A stretch of 64,000 bases of DNA from Eledone cirrhosa. Lineage: Eukaryota. Below are positions 40,444 to 53,100 of the stretch, one piece after another; positions within the stretch are counted from its first letter, which is position 1, and each line of letters opens with the position of its first letter. Under the pieces are notes generated by a model. That model searched no databases, was not told the DNA's origin, and worked only from the letters and a program-made list of their open reading frames with translations. Position numbers and translations under genes: made by a program. The stretch covers positions 70,494,001-70,558,000 of the forward strand of contig OZ024747.1 in the NCBI GenBank assembly GCA_964016885.1. The letters are read 5' to 3'.

Positions 40444-43400
40444 CAGTTGCATTTATCTTGCTTTATGTTCATACGAGTTATCACCGAGTCACAACCAGTG
40501 ATGTCAAGAGACAACAAGGTCCGCCATGTTCAAGAAAGAACATACATACTCACACATGCATCTTTAGTGTTTAGACTTGTGATGTACTTATATTGACAGA
40601 ATCTTCCTTAGTATATGGGCAGTTCCCATTAGTACTATCTTTTGTATTTCTCCTATACGCGGGTTTACTGTGATTTGCGATAAGTAATCATTAGACCCCT
40701 TAGGTATCATTCCCAGAGCGCCTACAACCACTGGTATTGTTTTAGTTCTCAATTTCCACATTTTTCCAATTTCTATCTCCAGGTCCTTATACTTGCTCAA
40801 TTTTTCAAATGTTTTTATAGATACATTCTTGTCTATTGGAACGGACATATCAATTAGCAGGCATACCCTCTTTTTAAAGTCCTTCAATATTATATCAGGT
40901 CTATTTGCATCTATTTTTCGGTCTGTTTGGATGCTAAAGTTCCACAAGATTGAGATGTGATCTTTTTCAAGTATGGGAGGTGGTTGATGCTCCCACCAAT
41001 TCTTTTGATGGGGCAGGTCAAAATGCTTACACATTATCCAATGTATGTATCGTGCAGCTCTGTCATGCCTGTTTAGGTATTCGGTTGGAGCTATAGGACT
41101 GCACATTGAAATTATATGGTCAATGGTCTCTGGTTGTTTTTTGCATACACGGCATAATGGGCTGCATCAATTTTTTATTATGTTGGCTTGGTAATTTTTT
41201 GTTGGCAGACACTGATCTTGTGCTGATATAATCAGTCCTTCAGTCTCCGATTTCAGTCCAGAGGATGCCAAACACTGATGGGTTAAAGTTTTGTCAACAT
41301 CAGGATTGTTAGCTCGTTTTGGGTATTTTCCATACGGAGGCTTTTCTTGCCATTTCTTAGCCAGTTTCTGTAGTAGTTCTTTCTTTGCAGTTACTTTTAC
41401 CTGCTTTGCTTTTTCTGTGTTTTCCATTTCAGCAGTAAATGGGAGTTCTGAAATTTGTAGTCCATTACTGTATCTTTGTGCATCTTTTGTAATGGAATAT
41501 GATCTTTTGATGCTTTCGTGTTTCAAAACGAGTTTGATCATCCAATCATGTGATTCCCTTAGATATGTGGATAATCCAATTGTTGCAGTTTTCAACGCAA
41601 TGTCTAACTGGATTAACCCACGTCCTCCTTCTTTCCTAGGGAGATATATTCTATCTGTATCTGCCTTAGGGTGATGCATTCTGTGCATGGTTAAGAATTT
41701 TCGAATTTTTGTATCGAGCCTACGGATCTCTGTGCTTGACCAGTTGATGACATTGTAACTGTAGGTTACTACTGGTATGGCAAGCGTGTTTATGTAAGAT
41801 TGCTCTTACTCTGCGGTAACATTCCTTCCTTATCCTTTCCCTCATTGTCGAGTGCTTGATTCCGTCTCCTTCACAAACACCTAGATATTTGTAAGTTTTT
41901 TCTTGATCAAGTTCTCTTATCACGTTCCCCCGATCAAGATTTATGTCTGAAGTCTTCAGCAGCTTTCCTCTGTGTACGTTGCTTTGGCGCATTTATCTAG
42001 TCCAAACTCCATTTTAATGTCATCACTAAACTGCTCCACAGTGGATAATAGCCCTTGCAATTGTTCATCATTTTTTGCAAATAGTTTCAGGTCATCCACG
42101 TAGAACAAGTGATTAATGGTTTTGTCATAGACTCTATATCCATGTTTTGTTTCATTGAGCATTTTACTTAATGGTATAAGTGCGATGCAGAATAAAAGCG
42201 GTGATAAAGAGTCACCCTGAATAATTCCACAATTAATATTAACTTCTCCAGCTTCCAGTGATTTTGTTTCACTATTCAAAAGGAGTGTCGTTTTCCATGT
42301 CTTCTTACTGAATGACAAAAGCCTCCTGACAACGGGGGATATTTTGAAAATCTCTAAACACTTTTCAATTCAACTGTGTGGTAAACTATCGAATGCTTTT
42401 TTATAATCTATCCAAGCAATTGATAGATTTTTGTGTCTATTATGACAATCTTCCAGTATCATTTTGTTAACCAAAAGCTGATCCTTACAGCCATATGAGC
42501 CTCGTTTACACCCTTTCTGCTCAATGGGAAATAGGTCATTTGCTATCAGGTGGTCATATGTATATTCAGTTAGGACTGATGTTAAAATGTTATACATTGT
42601 GGTCAAGCAAGTTATCGGTCTGTAATTTTTGGGATTGTTTGTCTCATCATTCTTCGGAAGCAGGAATGTAATGCCGTTAACTAGCCATGATGGTATCTTT
42701 TCTGGCTCCTTAACTATTTCATTGTAAAGTTGGGCTAACAGCTCATGAGACTCTGTGAAGGCATTTATCCAAAAATTTTGTATTTTGTCTTTTCCTGGGG
42801 ATTTCCATTTGCTGGTTTTTCTTAGAGCCAAGCGCAACTGTTCAACTGTTATATTTTCCCATGTTTGTTCTTCAAGGTGAGCTGTATCTTTCATTTGTCT
42901 GTCTATCCATGGGGCATGTATGTTATGAACTGTTTCTTCGGCCCAGATCTTTTCCCAGAATTCTTGCACTTCCTCCTTGGGTGGTATTGATTTAGCAGTT
43001 ATTGTTGACTTACCAATTTTTCTGTAGAAGTTTCTTTGGTTGTTTTTGAACATATTATTGTCCTTATAGAATCTAGATCGTTTTTCAAAGCGCCTTATAC
43101 GAGCAGCTTTGGCCGACACTTTTTGCTTGATTATTTCTATCAGCATGTCTATGTCACTTGTTGATTTTATACTGTACTTTCTTTTCAATTTTCTAAGTTT
43201 AGTTTGTTTAACATGTTCCCCTACTTTATAGTTTGTTAAAATTTCTATGTCAGATCGGAGAAGGTTTATTTGGCGATTGATGTTCTCTTGCCAAGTAGAT
43301 TTCTTGTGGGAATTCCTTTGTTTTTTCATCTTCACTCCACATAAGTGAGTGGTGACTTTAGCCAATGCATAATAGAGATGATTTAAATCAGTAATGTTTA

Positions 43401-44388
43401 GTTTGTTTGTGATGATAATGTTCTTGAGAATTATGTTAATCTTGTGTATTATCTTTTGGTTCTGTTTGGAGTTCTGGATCTTAGGGAGGGTGTCTCGTTG
43501 CCCCATGTCAGATTCTTTCATTTTCATCCATTCGATCATAATTTCATCCTTCAAGTTGGCAAGTTCATTCTCGTTCATTTCTTTATCATTTACGATCTCA
43601 TTATTTTCATTTCGAGTTTCATCTTGAGCATGCACTCCCTCCACTTTTTCGATCCTTTCTTTAATTTGTTCTGTTGGCAGTGATTCCGCCCCAACCCTGG
43701 GATTCGAAGTGTTACAATTTACCTCGTTTTCACTGACACATGTTTCATTTTCCCTTCGCTGACTTTGTGCCAATAGCTTGATCTGATCAATTTCTATATC
43801 AGTTAGTAACTTTTTTTTTACAATATTTCTTCGTATATTGGCTAGTTTGTTACTGTCAATATAGCCTCTGTTTTCGGGATGTTTCTTTTTCCAGTTGATA
43901 TATGTCTGTTCTGTATTCGATGTATTTGATGGGTAGTACATGGCAGTGTAGAAAGCCTCAAGGACTTCTTTATTATCTTCCCTTGACCATTTTTCTCTCT
44001 TTTTCTTTGGATTTCTTGGTGGTGAGCATGGAGGTCCAACAGTAGGAGTATTCCGGTTATGGGAGGTCTCCAGCTCCGAAGTAATGGGAAGGTTTGAACC
44101 ATTAGCTGATTTTTCGACCCCAGTCTGGTTCCTCTCTGAGGGACGCGGCCCTTTTTTACCCGGGTGACGGCCGATCCGGTATGAGATTTTATCATTAGAC
44201 ATTTACTTTATTTTGTCGCGTTTTATCCTTATCCGCCAAGGGGTAATCATTTCGTGTTACCACTTCTAGAACGAGTGTCAACCAAGACTAGAGGGGTCGT
44301 TCTCCCCTAGAGACACGGCTATTCCCCGCCGGCTGCCATACCGGTATTTCTTGGTCACGGGGTTTTCTTTTTTGTTGTTTTTTTAAAT
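40444..44388 (-). mobile_element. Dong/R4-clade non-LTR retrotransposon family A, apparently full length (~3.95 kb)
   Basis: Single-ORF architecture: N-terminal Myb-like motif (KWSREDNKEVLEAF...W...DSNKLANIRRNI), RT (SPGKD, NYRPITCL, IDYKKAFDS, QGDSLSP, YVDD), CCHC, and restriction-like endonuclease (RPDIIL...LIDMSVP...K..KY.DL). (ATT)n at 40424-40443 and 44391-44400. Confidence 0.95.
40588..44202 (-). pseudogene. Disrupted ~1,200-aa Myb-RT-CCHC-RLE polyprotein of Dong/R4 family A, copy 1
   Basis: Split across ORFs 42370-44202, 41956-42318, 41167-41688 and 40588-41106. It has a premature TGA at 42370 (TGG in copy 2), a frameshift near 41970, a 35-bp deletion at 41794 relative to copy 2, and a stop at 41167. 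Confidence 0.93.
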
Positions 44389-44444
44389 TGTTATTATTAT
44401 GAGTGGTTCCTTAGTGTGAGCATTGCGTGGCTTAAGAATGAAAT

Positions 44445-44500
44445 TATTAATAATTGTCTCCACTCCAGGCACAAGGCCAGCAATTACCCAGTGCATTACA
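44445..44500 (-). mobile_element. 3' fragment of the (ATT)-tailed SINE
   Basis: The reverse strand reads GTAATGCACTGGGTAATTGCTGGCCTTGTGCCTGGAGTGGAGACAATTATT. Confidence 0.8.
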
Positions 44501-44986
44501 ATAATATAATATACTTTTTGCTGAAGTTGCCTGTTATTGTTGTTGGCTATGTCGGTGGTGGTGCTGGGGCTTTTTATATTGTTGGTGAGGAAGTGGGGAG
44601 CAAGCAGTGCCATAGTTGTTGACGTTTGGCCGGTGGCCGGGTCACTAAGTAAATCTATTTATATCTTTTGCTAGCCTCTCACTTGTCTAGTGATACCGCC
44701 ACCTTCCCCTTTCTTAAGTTAACAGGGGAATAGTGGTGGTAGCAATAAAGGAGTGGTGGCAGCGGTGATGGCATAGTGGTAGCAATGATGGATGAAGTGG
44801 TGGCGGAGGTGGCGTTGTCGTTACTGAGTTTTGTTGAATGGACTAGTTTTGTTTGATATGTAGTATCTATGCGTTTGTGTGGCGTATGTTTAATATATAT
44901 GTTGACATATTCCCTTAATATTGGAATTAAACATTTTGTTAAAACTTGAGACAATAATAATAGTAATTATTATTATGATGCTTGGG

Positions 44987-45026
<40 letters not shown>

Positions 45027-45027
<1 letters not shown>

Positions 45028-47836
45028 AGTTGCATTTATCTTGCTTTATGTTCATACGAGTTATCACCAAGTCACAACCAGTGACCTCAAGAGACAACAA
45101 GGTCCGCCATGTTCAAGAAAGAACATACATATTCACACATGCATCCTTAGTGTTTAGACTTGTGATGTACTTATATTGACAGGATCTTCCTTAGTATATG
45201 GGAAGTTCCCATTAGTACTATCTTTTGTATTTCTCCTATACGCGGGTTTGCTGGGATTTGCGATATGTAATCATTAGACCCCTTAGGTATCATTCCCAGA
45301 GCGCCTACAACCACTGGTATTGTTTTAGTTCTCAATTTCCACATTTTTCCAATTTCTATCTCCAGGTCCTTATACTTGCTCAATTTTTCAAATGTTTTTA
45401 TAGATACATTCTTGTCTATTGGAACGGACATATCAATTAGCAGGCATACCCTCCTTTGAAAGTCCTACAATATTATATCAGGTCTATTTGCATCTATTTT
45501 TCGGTCTGTTTGGATGCTAAAGTTCCACAAGATTGAGATGTGATCTTTTTCAAGTATGGGAGGTGGTTGATGCTCCCACCAATTCTTTTGATGGGGTAGG
45601 TCAAAATGCTTACACATTATCCAATGTATGTATTGTGCAGTTCTGTCATGCCTGTTTAGGTATTCGGTTGGAGCTATAGGACTGCACATTGAAATTATAT
45701 GGTCAATGGTCTCTGGTTGTTTTTTGCATACACGGCATAATGGGATGCACCCATTTTTTATTATGTTGGCTTGGTAATTTTTTGTTGGCAGACACTGATC
45801 TTGTGCCGATATAATCAGTCCTTCAGTCTCCGATTTCAGTCCAGAGGATGCCAACCACTGATGGGTTAAAGTTTTGTCAACATCAGGATTGTTTGCTCGC
45901 TCTGGGTATTTTCCATACAGAGGCTTTTCTTGCCATTTCTTAGCCAGTTTCTGTAGCAGTTCTTTCTTTGCAGTTACTTTTACCTGCTTTGCTTTTTCTG
46001 TGTTTTCCATTTCAGCAGTAAATGGGACTTCTGAAATTTGTAGTCCATTACTGTATCTTTGTGCATCTTTTGTAATGGAATATGATCTTTTGGTGCTTTC
46101 GTGTTTCAAAACGAGTTTGATCATCCAATCATGTGATTCCCTTAGATATGTGGATAATCCAATTGTTGCAGTTTTCAACGCAATTTCTAACTGGATTAAC
46201 CCACGTCCTCCTTCTTTCCTAGGGAGATATATTCTATCTATGTCTGCCTTAGGGTGATGCATTCTGCGCATGGTTAAGAATTTTCGGATTTCTGTATCGA
46301 GCCTACGGATCTCTGTGCTTGACCAGTTGATGACATTGTAACTGTAGGTTACGACTGGTATGGCAAGCGTGTTTATGGCATCGATCCTATTCCTTGCATT
46401 CAATTCCGTTCTTAAGATTGCTCTGACTCTGCGGTAACATTCCTTCCTTATCCTTTCCCTCATTGTCGAGTGCTTGATTCCGTCTCCTTCACAAACACCT
46501 AGATATTTGTAAGTTTTTTCTTGATCAAGCTCTCTTATCACGTTCCCCCGATCAAGATTAATGTCTGAACTCTTCAGCAGCTTTCCTCTGGTGAACTCTG
46601 CTTTGGCGCATTTATCCAGTCCAAACTCCATTTTAAGTCATCACTGAACTGCTTCACAGTGGATAATAGCCCTTGCAATTGTTCATCATTTTTTGCAAAT
46701 AGTTTCAGGTCATCCATGTAGAACAGGTGATTAATGGTTTTGTCATAGACTCTATATCCATGTTTTGTTTCATTGAGCATTTTACTTAATGGTATAAGTG
46801 CGATGCAGAATAAAAGCGGTGATAAAGAGTCACCCTGAAAAATTCCACAATTAATATTAACTTCTCCAGCTTCCAGTGATTTTGTTTCACTATTCAAAAG
46901 GAGTGTCGTTCTCCATGTCTTCATACTGAATCACAAAAACCTCCTGACAACGGGGGATATTTTGAAAATCTCTAAACATTTTTCAATCCAACTGTCTGGC
47001 AAACTATCGAATGCTTTTTTATAATCTATCCAAGCAATCGATAGATTTTTGTGTCTATTATGACAATCTTCCAGTATCATTTTGTTAACCAGAAGCTGAT
47101 CCTTACAGCCATATGAGCCTCGTTTACACCCTTTCTGCTCAATGGGAAATAGGTCATTTGTTATCAGGTGGTCATATGTGTATTCAGTTAAGACTGATGT
47201 TAAAATTTTATACATTGTGGTCAAGCAGGTTATTGGTCTGTAATTTTTGGGATTGTTTGTCTCATCATTCTTCGGTAGCAGGAATGTAATGCCGTTAACT
47301 AGCCATGGTGGTATCTTTTCTGGCTCCTTAACTATTTCATTGTAAAGTTGGGCTAACAGCTCATGAGACTCTGTGAAGGCATTTATCCAAAAGTTTTGTA
47401 TTTTGTCTTTTCCTGGGGATTTCCATTTGCTGGTTTTTCTTAGAGCCAAGCGCAACTGTTCAACTGTTATATTTTCCCATGTTTGTTCTTCAAGGTGAGC
47501 TGTTTCTTTCATTTGTCTGTCTATCCATGGGGCATGTATGTTATGAACTGTTTCTTCGGCCCAGATCTTTTCCCAGAATTCTTGCACTTCCTCCTTGGGT
47601 GGTATTGATTTAGCAGTTATTGTTGACTTACCAATTTTTCTGTAGAAGTTTCTTTGGTTGTTTTTGAACATATTATTGTCCTTATAGAATCTAGATCGTT
47701 TTTCAAAGCGCCTTATACGAGCAGCTTTGGCCGACACTTTTTGCTTGATTATTTCTATCAGCATGTCTATGTCACATGTTGATCTTATACTGTACTTTTT
47801 TTTCAATTTTCTAAGTTTAGTTTGTTTAACATGTTC
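45027..47836 (-). mobile_element. Dong/R4-clade family A, copy 2, 5'-truncated and disrupted
   Basis: Colinear with 40444-43217 with scattered substitutions. ORFs 46931-47806, 46574-46924 (YMDD), 45465-46631 and 45171-45431. Same 3' end as copy 1. (ATT)n at 44987-45026 and 47840-47889. Confidence 0.95.
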
Positions 47837-47837
47837 A

Positions 47838-47889
<52 letters not shown>

Positions 47890-48098
47890 GGCGACCTACG
47901 TAGGAAATCGTATTATCGTGAGCTCCGCAAAGGTTTGTTATTTCCATTTGTTTAAAAATTGCCATTTATGGAAAATTTTATTGTAAACTGTTTATAAGCA
48001 CACATACATTGTTTTCCGAAAAGGACACCCAAAAAGATTGGGGCCTTGTGCCCAAAATTTTAACTTTTATTATTATCCAAAAATTTCTTTGAAAAAAA

Positions 48099-50082
48099 AT
48101 GGCTAATTCCCCTCTGCACGAAGCAGCTGAAAGCCTTCCTCACAAAATAACACCTCACACCGACACCACCATTGTAAATGTTACTACGTTTGCCAACACA
48201 AAAAAAAATATAAGCAGTAGCAATATTTTAAATTTGTCTCAGGCAGACATTCATTTCCCGCCATTACCAATGACTGCAGGTGTTAAACCCTCCACCACCA
48301 CCACCACCGCGACAACCACCACCACCACCACCACCACCGCGACAACAGAAACAAAAGAAGAAAAAAATAAATTAACTCGTGACGTCGAAATGAAATCAAG
48401 CAAAATGGACTCTTCCCCACCAAAGACGACTGACGTCACCACCACCACAACTGAAAATAAAATTAATATTAACGATAGCAACAACAACAACAATGACATT
48501 ATAAAACCGACCCTCAGTTTCGCCATCGTAGCAAAACAATTCGAAGCGTTCACGGTAACTCAAGAAGATTTAGAAAATGCCAAACAAATGGTAAAGAAAG
48601 ATGGGTACAGCGTCCCCCCCCCCACCTAATAAAATGGAGCATCGGCGCCTGTGCACCGTGTCGTATAGAACAATAAATGTAAAATCGCGCCGAGTGGAAC
48701 GGGCATTCGAGTCCCAAATCCAAAAAGCTTTGGGACATGTGTGGGCAAGAAAAACCCACATCAGACGTGGGCAAAAGTATGGAACCGTGGATGTGTTCTT
48801 TGAAACACCAGAGGAGGCTAGAGAACACTCCATGGCCCCATTAAAAAGTGACGACCTCACACTCGTCCCTAGCTATTGTGGCCAGAGACTCGTAAAGATC
48901 AGGGTGACCCACGTTCCACCGGCCATCGAAATTCCCTGGCTAATAGCGGCTGTCCTCGCCGGCATCGAAGCCAACACGAAAATAATAGCAGTAGCAAAAG
49001 AAAAGCAGGAAAACTGGTCCGGATCTGGGATGGAGCTCCTGATCCAAGCGGACCAAAAAAGCATTGAGGAGATCCCAGAGGTAATAGACCTCACTGACGG
49101 CAGCCACCTCACGGTAATTGTCGAGGGCAGAAGACCTAGGTGTGTCGTTTGTGGTGAAGGAACCCACCCAAGGGCTTTCTGCCCTCAGGCTAAAAGGTTG
49201 AGGCCACCTCTCCTACCCACCCCAGTGACACAACCATCAACACCACCAGTAGCAGAGATGGCAGCAACAACTGTAGCAGCAACAACAGAAGCAACTATAA
49301 CAGCAACAACCCCAGCAACAGTAGCAAAACCAACACCACTACCACCACCAGCAAAACCAACACCACCACCACCCAACGCTTCAGAACTAGCACCAGCGCC
49401 TACACCATCCACCACACCACAACCAAAACTAACGGCTGTGGAGGATTTTCCACTCCCCGGCCTATCACAACTGGAGACAGATTGTGACGACGAGGAGTGG
49501 GAAACGATATCCGGAAAAAAAAAAAGAAACCAAAAAAGAAAAAATTCTCTTCCTTCCCCCTCCAAAAACAAAATACAGAGGGAAACAAATAAACTAAGAA
49601 ACAAAAAAGTTAGGACAGATATGCCACCATCCACACCAGCATCACCAACCCCATCAACTCAAACACCAACACCATCACCATCATTATCCCCAGCACCACC
49701 ATCACCTACACCACAAAAGTCACCAAAAAGCGAAACAGAAACAAACCCACAACAAACGCAAACAAAACAAAACAACCAAAACGATACACACTACACAGCA
49801 TTAAATTTGAACAACAAGCAATTATTACACTACATCCAACACAACACCAGCATCACAGAAAAAGACTACACAACAACCCCAAAATTCACACCACCTCCAC
49901 ACATACAAATCACTCGCATCACACAGAAAACGTACATGACACTAAAACAAAAATTCCCCAAAGACATCGGAGACTTCCGACAAGCACTCTCCAGGAGGAT
50001 TTATAAGGACATCCTTCCTGAGGAGGCCACAAGCAGTGAAAAGGATGGAAAAGCCGTCCTTCCCCTACGAGAAGTAAGGTAA
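48099..50082 (+). CDS. LINE ORF1 (RRM-like region plus CCHC zinc knuckle, Thr/Pro-rich linkers), ~660 aa, split by a one-base frameshift in a C10 run
   Basis: ORFs 48099-48629 and 48601-50082 overlap at the C run 48614-48623, and removing one C fuses them. Motifs: YGTVDVFFETPEEA, V.I.V..VPP.I, and EGRRPRCVVCGEGTHPRAFCP (CX2CX4HX4C), typical of Tx1-type ORF1. Confidence 0.85.
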
Positions 50083-50116
50083 GTGGTCTTTCCCATCTTT
50101 TCCACTCCTTTTCAAC

Positions 50117-53100
50117 ATGACCTCACTCAGAATAGGCAGCATAAATGCGCGTGGCTTGGGGTCGTCATGGAAGCAGGGCCACCTGCTCAACGACCTCAGG
50201 TCACTAAACATAGATGTAGTGGCCATCAGCGAGACCAGAATCTTCGAAGCACAGGCTTTCGCACCGATCTTCGGCGGCTACGATGTGTACGCATCTCCCA
50301 GCCGTCCGGGATCGGGGGGAGGAGTTGCTGTGCTTTTTCGGAGAGGTTTGGATCTTGCCATACGGGCCATCTTCCTGGTCCCAGAAGGTAAGTTGGTGGT
50401 GCTGGACGTGACCAGCGGAGACGGGCAAGCTTTCAGGTTAGTGGCCGTCTATGCCCCGACAGGAGCAGGGCGGCCTGATTTCTTCCGGCGTCTGGAGACC
50501 TTTCTTGGAACGTCCCGCTCTTTAGTGTTAGTGGGCGACTGGAACGGGATCTTAGATGCACGCTGGGATTGTGTGGGATTAGTGGATAGGGAAGGAGGGT
50601 GCAAGAGTCTCACCAACCTGCTCAGACGTTTTGAACTGTCTGACAGGTACCGAATGGATTTCCCGAATGTACCAATGTGGACTTGGACAAATCGCATAGG
50701 GTCATCCAGATCATATCTAGATAGAGTATTTTGTAGGGAAATAGATAGGTCTAGCATAGGCTGTCCACAATTCAAGATAGTCAGCTACACGGACCACAAA
50801 TTCGTGATCTGTGTGCTTGACTTAGATAGGCTTCATAGACGAGGACCCGGCTACTGGAAGTTAAACGCGTCCTTACCAGCGCGCAAGGCCTACAGAGACC
50901 GGATTAGCGAACTAGTTAAGCGGGCGTTGACGGGGGCCATCGTCAACAACAAGTGGTGGTTTGCTCTGAAAAGAGCGATTAGAATAGAGTCCATTAGGTT
51001 TAGTAAGACTTTATCAATAGAGAAAAATAGAGCAGAGGGAGAATTAGTTAGAAAATTAGATGAGGCGCTTAGCAAAGGCATCGCGACCGACGTACTTGCG
51101 GCGAAATTGGCCCTTGACCAATTCTTCAATGCAAAGCACGAAGGAGGCTGCGTTGTCAGAGCTAGGGTGCGTGCTCTCAGACACGAGGGGACGAAAGCCG
51201 TTCAATGGGCCCGAGTGGCGGAGGCGCGTCGTGGCAACAAAGCCACGATCCGGTCTTTGGTGGACCACGACGGGCGCATGCTACTCGATCCCGGGCAAAT
51301 GTGTGAAGCTTTTCAGCCACACTTCGCTCAACTGTTCGGGGGCAGTGGCGGGCCGGATCGAGGGATGGACTTTAGTGTCTACCTCGACGGACTGCCGCGG
51401 CTTTCGGCCACTGAGGCGGAGTGTTGCGAAAAGCCGATAACAACCGCTGAAGTACGGGATGCAATGACTAGTTGCAGAAGGGGTAAATCGCCTGGTTTGG
51501 ATGGTCTGCCCTATGAACTTTACGTACAAATGCCAAACTTGTTCGGAGGCCTCTTGGCGGACGTCTACTGCAACTGGCAACAGAACGGGAGAATTCCCAG
51601 TTCTGTGAGCCCAGGAGCGGTGGCGCTGCTGAGAAAGGATCCGAACAAGGGAGATAACATAGATAATTTTAGGCCCATAACTCTGCTAAACACAGAGTTC
51701 AAGATTTTGGCCAAGGTGCTAGCAAAGAGGTTGGCGCTTGTCGTTGGTGGTCTGGTGGGAGAGGCACAGACATGCGCCATTCCCGACAGATCCATCCACG
51801 ACAACCTCCACCTCATGCGATACATCGTAGAGAGGGTAGCTAGGGAACCTGGCACGGGTGGGTCTTTGATCAATTTAGATCAGTCGAAAGCCTTCGATAG
51901 GGTCGACCATCGTTACCTAACGGCAGTCCTGAGGGCGGCTGGCTTTGGGCCCGTCTTCAGAGGCTGGATCGCTGCCATGCACAGCGACATCTGCTCTGTA
52001 GTGAGAGTGAACGGTCACCTTTCGGAACCGTTCAACATCATGCGCTCGGTCCGCAAAGCATGTCCCCTCTCGTCCCTACTGTACGTATTGACTCTCGAGC
52101 CATTACTGCACAAACTGGAGACGTTGAGGGGGGTCCCGCGCGAACTAGGATGCGGAAGATCCGTGTCAGCATATGCCGACGATGTCACCGTAGTGGTGTC
52201 GAACGCCAAACACATCGAGGCGATCGGCACTACACTAAGAGAATACGAAGCGGTGACAGGAGCAATGATCAACCAGGAAAAGTCAGTGGGCCTGCAGCTC
52301 GGCACCTGGAGAGGTAGGTCCATGCCGTCCAACAGCGTCGTCGGGCGCTGGATGGACGGACCGGTTAAATTGCTAGGGTCTGGTTCGGTCCGGACCTCCA
52401 GACGGACAAAAAACTGGGACGAGGTGACGAGCAGGGTGGCTTCTCTCACCCAGAAATGGGCCGAGAGGAAGCTATCCCTGAAAGGTCGAGCGGAGGTGGC
52501 GAATGCGTACATCGCATCCGTCATCTACTACCGCCTGACCGTCGTACCTTGTCCTAAGCCCCGCCTGACTGCGCTGGAGCGTTTGCTCTTTCGCTTCTTG
52601 TGGAAGGGACGCGCCCCGATGGTCAGGCGGTCCATCTGCTGTCAACACCCGCTACGTGGAGGGCTGGGCATGCCGTGGCTGATGATGCGCAGACACGCGC
52701 TCAGGCTACGACATCTCCACCTCTTCCTCGACGGTGATCAGGTGTGGTCGCCGTTTGCAAGACACGTTTTTCCCCAGCTCGTCTCCTTGACGGAGCTGCA
52801 GTCCTGGGTCAAGCGAAGACCGAGAGGGAGCGCTTGGAGACTGGAATGTCTTCAGGCGCTCACAGCCCTCGACCAATCGGGCAATGTGATCGGTGGAAAC
52901 TCCACCTTGGCGTTCTATAGGGGATTAGTGGAGGGGAAGAGCGACGACGTACTTGGAGAAACTCTAGGCGTCGACGAAAATCAACTAGCCAATCTCTTCG
53001 GAAGGACTTTCGGGCCGGGGCTTATGGACAACTTCCAGAAATCCCTGGCCTGGCAGTGCTACCGAGGAGCTTTGCCAGTTCGGGATAAACTCTACAGGCA

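Noticed and set aside
42370-42372. In-frame TGA in the Dong RT as selenocysteine or programmed readthrough
   Set aside because: The sister copy has TGG at this codon and its own TGA at a different codon, so these are ordinary nonsense mutations.
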